This document shows, piece after piece, positions 25,300-38,987 of a stretch of DNA of 64,000 nucleotides. Each line of letters starts with the position of its first letter. Positions within the stretch are counted from its first letter, which is position 1. Where the stretch lies: the NCBI GenBank assembly GCA_013115145.1, contig JAAPAO010000017.1:1-64000 (forward strand). The letters are read 5' to 3'. This DNA comes from Perkinsus chesapeaki ATCC PRA-425. Taxonomy: Eukaryota; Protista; Perkinsozoa. Position numbers and translations under genes: made by a program. Under the pieces are notes generated by a model. That model ran no database searches. It saw only the letters and a list, made by a program, of their open reading frames with translations, and had not been told where the DNA came from.

Positions 25300-28172
25300 T
25301 TACAACTCATCGGGGCTGATTCCCTGACAACAACTCATGCCTCCCCTGGTGTAACTCGTTCTTTACCTGCCACCGACCGCCATTGGGATCTTCTCGAGCT
25401 AAGGTGAGTGGATTGGTGCAATGGGCTTTGAGGAACCTGATCATCAATTGCTCATTATACTTAAAAGTACACCAGCTTACTCAGTCATAACAGGAACAGT
25501 GCGTTGCTGACGGAACTCTACTGGTGAGTCCTTCTTGCCTGCGAATGGGAAGTAGAACACATCTCCTGGAGACCACTAGGCTTACCAGCAGGATATAGCA
25601 AAATCGTGGGGAAGCCGGTGATCTGGACGGGGACCTCGTTCTGTGTGGCATCGACCTTTACAATTCGCAATCTGACCAAGGTGGATAGAAGCTCCTCGAC
25701 GACCTCAACTCAAGCAAAGCCTACGTGTTCCTTAATGGCTTTAAGGTCTCGCCAAGGGAGGTGTACACAGGCTCGAACTTACGGCAATGGCCACACCAAG
25801 GGGCATAGAAATCAACAAGGACATCTTGGGGAGAATCAATCACGATATCTTGGAAGTTGCTACCGACGACCTGACCAACTTACTGGTAACAATGAATACA
25901 ATGGAGTTATAGTACCTGTACAACTGGCTCGTTACCATAGTAGATTGGTATTGGCTCCGAACGCTTATAGGCCTTCAGCATGCCACGGGTGTATTGATGG
26001 GCAAATGATCTGTAGTGATCGGGGGAGGTAACTGAGAGAGGCTACAGATGCATTATAGGAGTAAAGTATGATTTAAAGCACAGTGACAAGCACGCGTATG
26101 GATCCAAGTTTACTATGTATTTCGAATGCAAGACCAGTTGGCTAAGGCGCGTGGCGTGTGGGTTTTCTACAATGTAAATAGTGTCTTGAGAATTCACTGG
26201 ACTGTCCGAGCTGGCAGTATCAATGCCATTATATATGATCAAGAGGAGAAGGTTTATAACGTCCCATTACCTGGAGGGCACTCTCTAGCGCCATAGCCTC
26301 CATCAATCCTATACTTCCTGGCCTTAACATCCATATACTCACGATGCTGATGACCGTGAGTTGATCGATACACCAGACGAGTGAGGGGAAACTCCGAAGG
26401 GTCCAACTAAGAGACCATGCTGTCGCCCTGACCAAGTAGGGATATGCCAACTACTTACAGTATCAAGCGCCAGCTCGTGGAAGAGTTGCTTCTGGACTGG
26501 TTCATTCTTGTCGCTGGCCAGCGCGAATACGACAGAGCCTGAGGAACGGTATCCACTTTGGAAGTTGTTAACCTGTAATACCTCGCAGGGTTGTACTCGC
26601 TTCCCTAAGTGCTGCCTCAGCCTTCTTACCAGCGTCAGACTCAGGGTCACGGAACAGGAAGATAGTAGGCATTCCGCTGGAGAACACCTACAGCCACGCA
26701 CGTTCGATCCCCACCCCGTCCATTTTTACCTGGTCAGCCGTCTCTGCTGTGAATTCGGTAACCATCGGCACTCGGCGAGACATGATGAACTGGTCAACCT
26801 GCCCAGCCATCACCCACAAGTCGCCCGGAATATCTTTACCTTGTGATAGTCCCCCATGTCACCGTCGTAAATGGCGGCCTTCTCATCGTGCTGGTAGAGC
26901 ATCACCAGAGTCGGGAACCGAGTAGGAGTATCCTGGATTTTCCTATTACAACCATTCCATGCCACCGGTGTTGGAATAACATTTGTTGTTACCCTAACTT
27001 CACCAGATATCTCGCCATTTCCCGGGAGTCCGTGCCGAAGGTTACAGCGAAGGACACATCGTCGAAGTGACGGGAGGTCTTCTTGAACCTGAAAGGGGAA
27101 GGGTAAGCCAGGAACAGCAAGTATCACATGACGTAGGTGACTACAATTGATATACGGGAATGCTGCGATAGATGAGGTATCGGGAACGAAATAGACAGCG
27201 TTGCGATGAGGAAAGGAAATTTCCGGGGAAACTATGGATGATTTTGATGGATACCAAAGAGGAAGTTCAAGCCTCATCTGAGGATGAGCGACAAGTATTC
27301 CAACACTAGGAAGAAAGGTGAGCGCTCATTGCAACATGGCGTTTGATCCAGACCTGAATCTCAGCAGCCTCTCAGCTATAGTCGGAGATCTTTGGACCTA
27401 TTCTCACACTACATCTCAGAGTCTCGTTCAGACAGGAATAGACCAATAACCGCCAGAGGGTTCTCGTCCAAGAACAGGTCCATCTGCTCAGTATTAGTGA
27501 TGACCTGGTCTCTATTAGTCCGTAGATTTATCCAGTTAACCACATTAGCCCATCTGAGATACCAATAAGTGCCCCATAACTCTGCCTCCATACGAGGACC
27601 TACGTCTTCTGTTCCTGCATCGGAAACTCAAAGGCTTCGTCGTCTATGAACAGCTTGATCGTTGGATTAACAACAATCTCGTGCTTTGCTCTTACCTAGC
27701 ATCATCGAATACTAATTTCAGAACCCGATGATCCCCATCTCGAGCAGTATTACCCCTGGATACTTGGAAGCATCAATCTCACCAACTGGTATCGGTGGGT
27801 TGCTCAATGCTAGTTTCTCAGCGACAACTTCCCACATAGGTATCGCCTAGTCACTAGGGCTACAAGGACAGAGTGTGAGGTGTGGCCTACTTGCTGGGAG
27901 TAAGGGCTCCATTGGGCATAGAACAGGACGGCACTTATCGACTCAGTGACTAGTAGCTCATCTAGGGTCGTTTCGTCCAGCTCTATTACTTCACCCAGCC
28001 TTTTCTGCCAAGATTCTCATGAGGTCAGCAGCACTATGCTCGTATCCTTTACCTCCTTAGTCTTGCCTCCGAACCATGGTATGTTCCAGGCATCAGCACC
28101 ATCGGCTGCCAGCACTAGTAGCAGAAATGTTGCTAGGAGCTGCGCTACCACTGATACTGGTCGAGCGAGCAT
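25300..28172 (-). CDS. PDI: Protein disulfide isomerase family (inactive a domain, active a' domain, PDEL retention signal)
   Basis: Signal peptide [25 protein letters not shown]; a domain [12 protein letters not shown]; a' domain [62 protein letters not shown]; spliced C-terminus GGRWQ|GISPDEL*. Confidence 0.9.
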
Positions 28173-28354
28173 TGCCTTCAAACAGCTTGCAAAGGTCCAC
28201 CACTGCATTCCCCCTAGGACTATGAACTCCACAAATGATTGTATTCGGAAGTGAACTTATCAGAGACGAAACTGTTGTCGTGATAAAGGGGCAGTAACTG
28301 CAGCAACAGGAATGTTACGAGGAGACCCTTCCCTTAAGGAAATCACTTCTCCCT

Positions 28355-30379
28355 TTACTTCTTAGCCTCGGCCTGACACCAATACGTCAACAGTTGCCTA
28401 CTAAGGCCTGCTAATACACCACTACCTTCTTTCCCTCATCGGGATTCTTAGGGACGGGCTTGACATAAGGCAGGAACTCCATGCCGTGCATGAAAGGCAC
28501 CTATAGGGCAGCAGCAGGAGTAATGCCCAGAAGGCAGCATGGAGATATTACCAAAACCCTAGGAACACGGACACCATCCTCCTCCTGATAGTTCTCAACA
28601 ATGCAGCACATGGCTCTCTCGGTAGCACAGAGAGTGGAGTTCAGCATGTGGACCTGAATGAGGGCGACTTACTTCCAACCCGGATAGGCCATGAACGTAC
28701 GTATCGCTTCTCACGCTCGCCTTGCTTCACATGACCGCAACGAGTCTCCATAGCACGGGACTGGTAGTCAGTGCAGTTAGAACAAGAGACAAGCTCCTTG
28801 TACATGTTGTAACCGGGGAACCAGGCCTCGAGATCGTATCTATATAGAGGGGTGAATCGAGGCCAGTCTACATTAGGGTACTACTTCTTAGCAGCAGCAT
28901 CATTAAGGGCACCAGAGACGATCTTAACAACTCTGTAAGGAAGATCAAGGGACTGGTAAAACTCCTCAGCGACGTCTGAATACCACACGATTTCGATACC
29001 GACCAGCGGCGCCGAGACCTACCGAGCATGTGCTCGTGCATGGCAACACTCTCCTCAGGGGTGGTGATGCAGAACTGCTCCAACTTCTCAAACTGATGGA
29101 TACGGTAAAGACCCCAGGTCTCCTTGCCATGAGAGCCGGCCTCCTTACGGAAACAAGTGGAGATACTGAAAGACGGCGGAGCGAAGTGAGTCATGATTAT
29201 CGGTTTTAGACTAGTACCCAGCATATCGGAGAGGAAGGGAATCCTCGTCAATCCACTCCTTACGGTGATAGGCGGAGATGGGCTGCTCCGAGGTGGCAAT
29301 GAGATAGTACTCACCATCATTCTCCTTGAGGCCCTTCTCTTCCTTCTTCTGTTGGGAGTTCTCACTCACCTGATACAATAGGTTTCCGATGTATTTGCTA
29401 CGAGGCAGCATTACCTTATAAAGCTGCTCATCGAAGTCACCGAGCTCAGCGGTCTCAGCCATGATATCCTTCTTCATAAAGAAGGGAGGCTGGAGAGCAG
29501 TGTAACCCCTGATTTGGTGGAAATATGGTATAATTAGCTTCTCTACATCCCCTTACTTCTTAACAAGTACGCTCATACCATAGTTGATAAGAGCCATATT
29601 GAGGAGGACACCGACGCCACGAAGGAAGTATCCACGATGGCCGACGATATTGATGCCTCGCTCCTGGTCCATAGCACCAAGCATGTACATGATCTGGTGA
29701 TGGTAGAGGTGACCAGGAGTCTTGCCATCAACAAAGATTTTCCTGAGGTTGATAGGATGACCTCCGTGTTGGAAGGTTATTATTTAACTACCTGGGCTCG
29801 CCCCACATCTTGTAGACTTCGTTGTTGTCCTCATCATTGCTAACTGGGACATCAGGGAGGATAATGTTACCGATGGAATGGACGGCCTAATAGAGACAAA
29901 CTGAAGGATACTCCAGAGAAGGGAAAGTATTACCGAATCACGGTCCTTAGCTACTTCGGCAACGAGCTTCTCCTGCTCCTGGATCTTCTTCTCACCCTCG
30001 GCCTTACGGGCGAGCTCCTCAGTGCAAGGATCTTGACCCTTAGAAGCCTTCTTCTTTTGAGTAATCTCCTTTTGAATCTACAGGGATGGAGTAAACTTGA
30101 GCTAGTTTGCATCTTGCACCGTGCAAGTTGCACGCTTAACCTCTAGATGCCCTCATTACCTTTCCTAGCTCCTCACGAAGCTTGTCCAATGTGAACATAT
30201 CCTTCCGCCATTGTTGATCTAGATCTACTGCAGTGCCGACAGTATCAGTGGCACGGTACCTGGCCATAATCATTGATGACCTTCAAGATTTAGTAGCATT
30301 ACCTCTTTTGCTCAGAGGCTCTAACAGCCTCCGGATCACCGCCTTTCTCGGCACGAAGCTTATTGATATCAATCGGCAT
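28355..30379 (-). CDS. SARS: Cytosolic seryl-tRNA synthetase
   Basis: [26 protein letters not shown]; [14 protein letters not shown]; [28 protein letters not shown]; ELVSCSNC; [22 protein letters not shown]; ends AEAKK*. Confidence 0.96.
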
Positions 30380-31369
30380 GAGAGCTAGTAAGGAAGGGAA
30401 CTGCTTAAATTTAATTACACTCCAGCAGGCTAATGGCTACAACACGCCTGAATGCCGACCTAAAGATACGCTTCATGTTGACTAGAATTGATTCCCTTAT
30501 CGACCTACGAGTCACACCCGGTAATGCCGTACTTTTATACATATTATGTGTCGTATTATGTACAAGCAAGCTCCATAAACGACGTTAGCTAAAGCCCCGG
30601 CTTCCCAAAACTGCAAAACATGAATCGCTCCGCTCCGCTAATAGCTCTCGCGCACGCCCCAGCGCATACTCTCGTGCGTGTTGTGGGGATTATGGAACCT
30701 GTTGAGGACGTACTGGAGCGTCTAGAGCAGCTTATTGAAGTAGTAGCCTTGAGCTTGTGTGGAGGTGTTGTAATAGTGCAGGCTGTAGGAGCATCTCGAG
30801 AGAAATCCAAGGATAGCCGGGCCCAGTGGCGCTGGCGATGATATGGAGTTTCGTGACGCAGTGAGGGAGAACTTTGGTATAATGTATGAAAAGGGCAAAC
30901 CACAATGGTAGGAATGGCTCCCGAGACTGTTGTGGATAGATAAGTCCTGGAACTCCAGATCGATAATAGAAATTCATCAACGTTAATAACGTTACGTTAT
31001 GAGTCCAGTTTCATTAGGGTGGTGACCAAGAAATGTGTGTTTTAATAGCGTCACAAGCATCGGCCCACAGCATATCCCGACGACACATGATATTTTCTTG
31101 GAACATTGTTTACTATAATAGCAGATCTAGCTGATCTTCCTCAACGTCAGGCTAAGTCTTGGCTCCCTCGGTCGGGAATTTATCAAACATCCAAAGCAGG
31201 ACCGCTTGTAGGGGCAAAGATCGTAACGTGCACTCAAAATCGTTCAAAACGGTGAATTTGCGTTGGGGTAGATGGGAAATGAACAAGTCGATCCTGGGGG
31301 GAGCGCCAGAAAAAAATTATCGGCATGCTTTTAGGATTTATCGCCTACCCGGTGGAGGCAAAAAAACAA

Positions 31370-32490
31370 AGAGCTGCCTCAAGAAGGGTGTGCTCGACAC
31401 CTTGAGAGATGTCTGCAAGGAGAAGGTCGCCCTACTAGGGATTCATAAACAGGATGCCCGCGTAGGACTATGGGGTGGCATTGTGAGGATGCAGCCTGCC
31501 AGTCTATGAAAAGGAAGCTGGATGAAGGCTCCTCAACCACGGCTGAATCAGACCTCAGCAAATCTTGGATGGAAACTGCTAAATTGAGACGGGAAGTGCA
31601 CGCGCTGAAGCGGGAGAATGCAGGTGCGCTAAGCAGAAAGGGCTGAGTTCCTGGGAGATAACAGTGACAGATCTACGATGGATGAACAACGACTTTGCCA
31701 AACGAATAAAGAAGATGGAGATGGAGAACAGTAATTCTCAACAATGTCATGGTGTGTGTGACATAGCAATCTTAGCGGCGGCACTGGATCGGGCGGTAAG
31801 GTCAGAATGCACACTTCAAGACTATATGGAAGATAATGGCATCGTGGACCCGGCCGAGCTGGATATTTTGAATGTAGCCATAGAAGCTAGTAATACACCA
31901 TTAATCATCTTATTAGGATGAAATTGAAAATCTGCACGATGAGATAGGGAAAGCCCTTTTCGCTCTGGATGATAGGAATGAGGCAAGATGGCTGATGGAA
32001 GTTAGGATGCTCCTGAGGCTTCCTTTAGGAATATAAGCAACTATCTGATGAGATGTGTAAGCTGCGGGAAGAAGTCCGGGGTAGTACTCAATCATTGCGC
32101 TTGGTGGTGTATTGCAGCTGTTAGGTTTGAAGGGGAAGCTTTCAAAGGCGAATGAGGAATTAGAGCAGTTGAAGACAGGGAACGGTAGTATTCAGCGGGG
32201 TGGGGTGGGGACCAGCGGGGGTATCGACGATACAGAAATATGTCATGTCGGGCCTTATTGAAGATCCTGTTTTGCTGACTGTGGAGTGTTGTTCTTCAGA
32301 GGGCATGTCGGCTCTCAAACGGCGGGATCTAGAAAGGCTGGGCAGGCTACTGGATGGGGCTAAGCAGTATGTCATGGATGGAATGTCAGTGACGGAGGTA
32401 TGTTATTCTGGCGCAGTGCTGGTGTAAGATACGATATAGGTTAAGGAGGAGCCAACCGACGACATTGTTGATGCTCAACTGGCGTCATAG
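31370..32490 (+). CDS. Hypothetical coiled-coil protein, multi-exon
   Basis: Exons read SWMETAKLRREVHALKRENA|DLRWMNNDFAKRIKKME.., DEIENLHDEIGKALF.. and end VKEEPTDDIVDAQLAS*. No domain recognised. Confidence 0.5.
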
Positions 32491-32869
32491 ATTAATAAAG
32501 ACTGATGGAATGCAGATTAATCGAATTCACTGAGTTTGATTATATAGCTTTGTAGAGGTTGTTAAGTAATTCGTATGGCTATATTGCTGTGTTTCTTTCT
32601 ATTATTCTACCTGTTATTTTCCAGTAGCTTCAATACCCGGTGCCAACTTACTGTTGTGTCGGCCGAGACCTACTACTGCTTCGCATTCCTTTCATTGAAG
32701 AGATTAGGGAGATGCGAGGGCAGGTCATCGGCTAAGACGTTACATCTTTAAAAGAAAATTTTTCGCCTGAGCATCACCGCAATCTACCTGTGGACAAATC
32801 TTTTTGTCAAGTGCTGCTCGTAAATCGACATCAACAGTGTGTCAGCAGTTGAACACGTCATCCACTTGT

Positions 32870-34142
32870 GTATTGTATGGAAGCTTCAGAAGATCCTGAG
32901 AAACGTTTGGAGAAGCTAATTGAAGTGATAGTTCCGTTGTGATTGCTATGATGGAGCTGTACTTCAGGAACACCTTACCAAGGGCAGTAGTTGGCGGCGA
33001 TTTCGTGAAGCGATTGAATCGGAGTTTGGTAGTGAGCATAATGTGTACGGTTTTTCTTGGTGGGCCACGTCCGTCAGTTTGTATTTTCCACCTGCCAGTC
33101 GTTGTAGGTTTCTCAGGCGTCCCGGCGGCTCAAGAGTTTCGAGATCTTGCTCGACCGAAGGAGTGTTATCAGCCTTAAGAAGTCTTCTGGAGTTAATGTT
33201 TGATTCGAGTCGCCACAACAAGGTATAATCGACTTATCGGATAGTCACAATATCATTTGATTTAGAAGAGACAAGCTCCGTCAACAAGCGCCACAGCGGC
33301 GGTGGATTCGGCCAATCCACCAAAGCGCATGCGTGTGGGAACTTTGAAAGAAAAAGTTACTAGCTTGTCATCGGATGTTGCTGGTGAGGTGTCATTTTTG
33401 CCCGATTCCACGAGGGACATTAGGCCCTCATATAGGTTTGAAAGAACTGGCCGACGAGATTGTACAGCAAGTGGGTGCTTTTGAAGCGGAGGAGAGTAAA
33501 GTGAAAGCTGAGAGGGATAGGCTCAGGATTGAGAACGACAAATTGAATGACGTGGAAGTTTCGCGACAGAACCTTCTCGAGGCGAATGGAGAGCTTAGTG
33601 CTGCAAATCAACGGCTTCGAGCTGAGGTTAATTCGCTCATTGCGGGGATGAACGAGCTGGCAGCTGAGAGGAAACAGCTGGTAGCTGATAATGAAAAGTT
33701 TAAAGCAAGGCAGGTTGGAAACGATGATCTCAAAGCTGAGAACGGCAAGCTAAATACTAGGAATGGTGAGCTACAAGCTGAGAACGGCAAGCTGAATACT
33801 AGAAATGGTGAGCTACAAGCTGAGAACGATAAACTAAGGGGCGTAAAGTGTGAGTTTGGAACGAAGGAAGATGAAATCCGAGCCATGGGAGAACAACTCA
33901 GAGTTGAGATAAATGACCTCGTCGCTGAAAGGGATGAATTCCGAGTTGAGAAGGAAGAGTTTAGGGCCGAAAAAGATGATTTCAGAAAGGAGAAAGAAGA
34001 GTTTAGGACTGAGAGGGATAGGCAGCGGGGAGAGAAGGACAGATTAAGAGTCGAGAAAGACAGGTTTAGAATCCTGAAGGAAGAGCTTACAGCTATCGAG
34101 GTCAAGCGGACGTCTGCGAAGGCTGAGGTTGTCGTGTTATGA
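32870..34142 (+). CDS. Hypothetical coiled-coil protein with internal 14-aa and 7-aa repeats
   Basis: Long heptad-patterned ORF 33375-34142, plus upstream exons (PSTSATAAVDSANPPKRMRV). It may continue to about 34670. Confidence 0.55.
33736..34070 (+). repeat. Coding tandem repeats: 42-bp unit (AENGKLNTRNGELQ, about 2.4 copies) and degenerate 21-bp unit (RxEKxxF/L, about 6 copies)
   Basis: gctgagaacggcaagct(a/g)aatactag(g/a)aatggtgagctacaa is repeated, followed by RVEKEEF RAEKDDF RKEKEEF RTERDRQ RGEKDRL RVEKDRF. Confidence 0.85.
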
Positions 34143-34771
34143 GTTCATATTTTCCATTGGATCGGCTTGAGCTCGTCCACTAAGTTTAATTTCTATTTGT
34201 CCTCGTTTCATTGTGTAACAGTCAATTAGATCTGTCTCCTCAAATCTGAGTGGTTGGAATATCCGCTGGAATGACAGCAACTGTGTCGGACAGCCTCGGC
34301 TGTAGTAATGCCAGAGAGAATCTTGCCGACATCAAGATGGAAGATATAGATTTTGAGGTTCGTGTTTGTCCATCATAGTTCCAGATACAGTGGTATAAGT
34401 TAGGCAGTGGAGGAGTGCAGGTCGGCGGCAAAGCTGGCTCGATACATAACCCTGCTGGAGGCGGATGGAGGGTACTTCAAGGAACTGCTGAACAAAGCTA
34501 AGGAAAAGCTGATGAAAATTGATAGGAAGGCTCATTATAAGTATGCTATTATAATAGTACTTAGTAGTATCACCTGCTGTATTATAGGAAGGCGTATTAT
34601 AAGTATGCTATTATTGTTACTCACTATGTTCATTATAAAACGGTTTATACTCTTTGCCGATACTACCTAGGGATGACTTCATAAACGTCAAAAGTATTCG
34701 ACAAGGCTTTATATAGGTTATTAAACTCATATCAGATAATACTGTAGTTCACTTACGAGCATAAGCATAGG

Positions 34772-36523
34772 ATGGATTATGAAGCCTGTTGTTCGCTAGA
34801 AATGCTTTCACCGAAGCCTTCATCGATGTATTCAGAAAGAATTAGCGGGAGCTTCCATGACTTCACAACAATGATCGTCGTCAGACTCTATCCCAATTCC
34901 GTAAAGGCATCACCAGAGGAAATTACTTCGGCAAACTCAACGGTGTTGGCATGGGAGCAAGAGCTGAAGTCGGTTGATAAGGAGGCCAAACATAGGGCCT
35001 CGGAAGGTAAGGTAGCTTCCAGTGACTAGATGGTGAAGGTCGCTGTGCTTAGCGTCGACGGCTTTGAAACGAACGTGCCCAATCAGAGAAGTCCTGATGC
35101 AAAATAGGCTTGAGGAGGCCGATGGTAGCGTATCCGGTGAAGAGGCAGCGAAGAGGAAGTCTGAAAACCCCTATGCACGGGACATGACCGCTATGAAGGA
35201 TTATTACACAGCATGGGACAGGTGGGCTCGAGGCTGGGGAGACCGAAGTGGACGATACTGTCAGGTTCGATGTGGAGGCAGCATGTGATGCAGTCGAGGA
35301 GAGTAAAACTGAGAACGGAAAACTCGAAAAGTTAGTTGGATTATATTTATCGGAGAATTTACCTCATTGATGATGCAGAGTTGATGCGGCAGAAGTGACT
35401 TATGAACAAGATTGGTCTGCTGAGCGGGTAGCTGGCATGTCGAGCGCGGAGAGAGCTGCGGTGTGCGAGTCTGAGAAGATAAAGGGCAACGAATGCTTCA
35501 CGTCGGGGGACCTAACCGAGGCTGAAGTATTTGCGCTTGTCGGAAATGCCGTGGGGCAGTAACCTGCTCACAGTTACACTACTCGACAGCAATTCGTCTG
35601 TGCCCCGACATATCTGTGGTGTGGTCCAATCGAGCTCTTGTCCGGCTTAAGCTTCGCCGACCTAAGGATGCCTTGGAGGATGCCCAGCGAGCAATTGCCC
35701 TAGATAGGAAAAACGTGAAGGTGCGGCAAACCACTTGGGAGTTCCGACTGAAGCGATTGGGTTATCAATTTTTGTCCATTTCAGGCATTCCATAGAAGAG
35801 GCAAGGCTCGAACAGAATTAGGCTACCTTGATGACGCAGTAAAGGACTTTCAGATAGCTTTGAAGTATGATGATGATTGAATGTTTTACAGTCTAGGAGG
35901 CGCTTTCATGGTGTAGATGGTGACTCAACGCGGGTGTACTTGTTTGGCCCTTGGGTTAGCTTCTTCATGTTTAGATTGCTGACTGAAAGTGGAGCTGAGG
36001 AAGGTATGATTGCTAAAGTTAATGCGGATCTCGCCACTACTCGTCGGAAGCTGATGGCAGAGCAGCGTGAGAAGACCGAAGAAGAGAATGAGGAGAAAAA
36101 TGAACCTAAAATACAGGAGATATTCGATGAGCCTCCCGTGAAGTGAGTCAAGACGGTAACAACAATTGTTAGCCTTCTTGGAGAGATCCGTCCAGAATCG
36201 GATAGAGCCTCAACGAACGTTGTCTTCAGCTCCTGTGAAGAAGATAGGACTGCGAACTTCAAGCGTATAGCTGTCGACCTTGACGATGAGGAATCCGATG
36301 TCGAAGAGCGCACGGTGAGACAACGCTGCCGTTTGGACGTTCTCCGTATGGCGGGTTGGTGGGCAGCGAGCCTTACTTCAAGTGCGGTACTTCCATGACT
36401 TGCTCGTTGTCCTGAGCACCGTGAAACGGCAATGACCTTGACTTTTAGGCGCAAGGCAACAGCACCGTCTCGAGTAGATGGAAGAAAATCGAAGTTTTAG
36501 ACGATTCTTCCGATGAGGACTAA
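34772..36523 (+). CDS. RPAP3: RPAP3/Tah1/Spaghetti-like TPR co-chaperone (R2TP), short form
   Basis: N-terminal LAWEQELKSVDKE and DYYTAWDR|FDVEAAC motifs; TPRs EKIKGNECF..SNRALVRLKL..ALEDAQRAIALDRKNVK|AFHRRGKAR..AVKDFQIALK; spliced end WKKIEVLDDSSDED*. Confidence 0.72.
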
Positions 36524-36994
36524 TGATAGGCTCTAACATCTGGATGTGGTCTCTCAGCATGACCGTCTCGTGTGGCTCAGAGATTGTAAAAATTGGGGAA
36601 CTTTCCCGTCTCTTCAAGAGGTATTTCTTTGCGTTAATTTAATTAGTATCTACCCGCTACATTATGCCAAGCCTACGTCCAGCATGTCATGTATTTTGCC
36701 CGACGTGGTGAAAGTTTCGCTCGACAGGTGCTCGATGCCGACTCTCCTCCAAAACCGCACAACCTACACCACAAGAATGTCGCAAGGCATAATACCCTTT
36801 CCGGTCATATCCATCCGAAGCATTTCGTACAAAGGCATCAAAAGTGTTGCCTTCGCCATCCTCAGCACTGTTTTGATCGTCTTTCTGTATCGGACCGGCG
36901 ACTGAGGCGAGGCCGTTTTAGGCGTAAAACTGTCATTTTTTACCCGGAACCCAACAGACGTGAAGAAAGTTTGTACTACAAACCCTTTTTGAAT

Positions 36995-37043
36995 GTTGCA
37001 TGACCCGCGAGCCTATGCTTCACCGGGTGACCCCGAGTAGACT
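36995..37043. repeat. Structured 49-nt motif, copy 1
   Basis: Shares an identical 13-nt left flank (GTTGCATGACCCG) and 14-nt right flank (ACCCCGAGTAGACT) with 38988-39037. Confidence 0.85.
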
Positions 37044-37299
37044 AAAGGCGTTATCCTGGCATTGACTCGACAACACCTCCTCGCCCTATCAGATTGGTGT
37101 TCTCGCCGTCAGAGCAAGTGCCAACTCAAAAGCCTACTCATGGTGGGTGTGCAAGCGAGGTTTATTCTGGCCAACCTCTTACACACAGAAGTCATGCTTC
37201 ATGGCCAATCGCTAGGATGCCAACTTGGTATAAAACCGGATCAGCGACATCACAGCCATTGAACTTGGCAACTCAACAACGAAAGAACCACAGGATAAG

Positions 37300-38940
37300 G
37301 CTAATCCTGGAACTGTGGTCTCCTCCCTATGGTAGCAAACTCGGTGCGGAAGGGAGTTTGTGATGATGATGAGTATGAAATGATTAGTGATAACTGACTG
37401 AGCGTCTTGTCTAGACTGGCTAAGGGACGCCAGAAAGAGAATTGGTGAACCATGTGTAAGGATCCACACTGTCGTTGATTAAAGGGACGGGCTAAGCGCT
37501 CATCCAAGGTGACGAGCAGAACTAGGGACGGTACATACAGATTTTACGTAATCCAAGCCAGATGTGGCAAATGCTCGTTTCGGGACAGTCCTATCAAAGC
37601 ACGCATTGGTAGAGGTTATGATCATGTTTCCTTACTCTGTCATCCTTACAAGTGATCACGCACCAGACGCCGCCCCAGTAAAATTCCTTGCAACCCGCTG
37701 TAGGTTTGGGAGCTTTTGGGCATTCATATCTGCCACACCGGGAAGTGCAAACAACAAAGTCAACTTCATCATCATTGTTCTGAAAGGTTCGGTGGGGGTC
37801 ATTAACCAGCGCTAGAAACTACAAGTTGGAATCCCACTGACACCGATGGTTGGCATCGACACCCTTCTAACTGACGAGTAGCTTTGTCAAAGTGGCACTT
37901 GCCGTCGGGCTTCTCATAACATGAACCTGGTAATGGCTTACGCATTCGTCACCAATCAAATGCTTTACCTTGGTGACCAGAAAACGAGGCTGGTTTGTAC
38001 CTGTCGAGCGAACACAAGATGAACCGGACGTGTGTAGCTCACAAAACGGATGCAAACATAGGAAAAGAGAACAACAATCCGGCACAGATGGCGTTACTTC
38101 GATTGTCCTACATTGATCCATTCGTAAAATCTTGTATCATCAGGTCTCCTTTGGTGCTCAGAATGCTCATGAGGAATATCATACCGATGATAGCGGACAT
38201 GGTCAGTGAGTGTGCAGTTGATGGTGGTTTTGAAGTGATCAACACCGACTTTGATCACGTAAGCTAAAGCAATGCTCCACGCTATCCAAGACGCTCCTCT
38301 ATCGACCGACTGGTCAATACAAGCATGGGAACCTTCCATATCATTACTAGGTGTTTGACCACCCGGGAAGGCGAGACGCTCGGAGTCCACCCTCTGGACT
38401 GTTGGAACTTGAGAACTCGGGGCTGTTGTTCTGAAATGTCACACTTCCACTTAACCAGAATACACTTCTTGTGCGGGATGTGCAGTAGGGCGCATCCGAT
38501 CTCCTTCGTAGCTCCGACTGCTAACGGAAATCGAAAGCTCCCTGGGAAGACGGTGAAGCTTCAAAGCTTTAAGGGTCGATAATGAATATCCGGTGCCGCG
38601 GATAGTATCAATTCCGTATTGAAGCTGCCGGAAATATCAAACCGGCCTAGTTTTTATGACCGAGGTTGTTCTATGTCATCTGTGGGTAGGAATGAAGCAT
38701 GTGCAACCAAGAAAGCTGTTGCTCCTCGCGCCATGTGGGCTGCATCCCGCCTCATGAGCATGTTCAGCAAAGAGTGTAGTTCGCCTGTCAGATCGGAGGG
38801 GTATCGGACGTAGCGAGCATGGTTCATCCTCCTGGCGCCCGTGGAACGGCAATGACCAGAGACTCAACACTGTTGAGTGCTTGTAATTCGCCCATTACCG
38901 CGTACCCGCTCTTGGTTCAAAGCAACAATGCCATCATGCA
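37300..38940 (-). CDS. Possible hypothetical multi-exon protein
   Basis: Exon-like segments such as YVIKVGVDHFKTTINCTLTDHVRYHRYD and a Cys-rich frame VVCTSRCGRYECPK..GCKEFYWGGVWCVITC. Splice phases not resolved. Confidence 0.3.
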
Positions 38941-38987
38941 CTCACAACACAACAGACTTAGGAAATGTTTTGAATGATAACAATGTT

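Noticed and set aside
25606-26031. Plus-strand ORF as a separate gene
   Set aside because: It is antisense to the PDI a' domain exons containing WCGHC.
30615-30645. CGCTCCGCTCCGCTAATA as a second Helentron-like terminus
   Set aside because: Only a short resemblance to the 17140-17160 end, with no hairpin symmetry or microsatellite behind it.
32940-33050. SSWRRFREAIESEFG as a retrotransposon Gag fragment
   Set aside because: It is flanked by normal GT-AG introns, and no protease, RT, RNase H, integrase or LTR is visible nearby.
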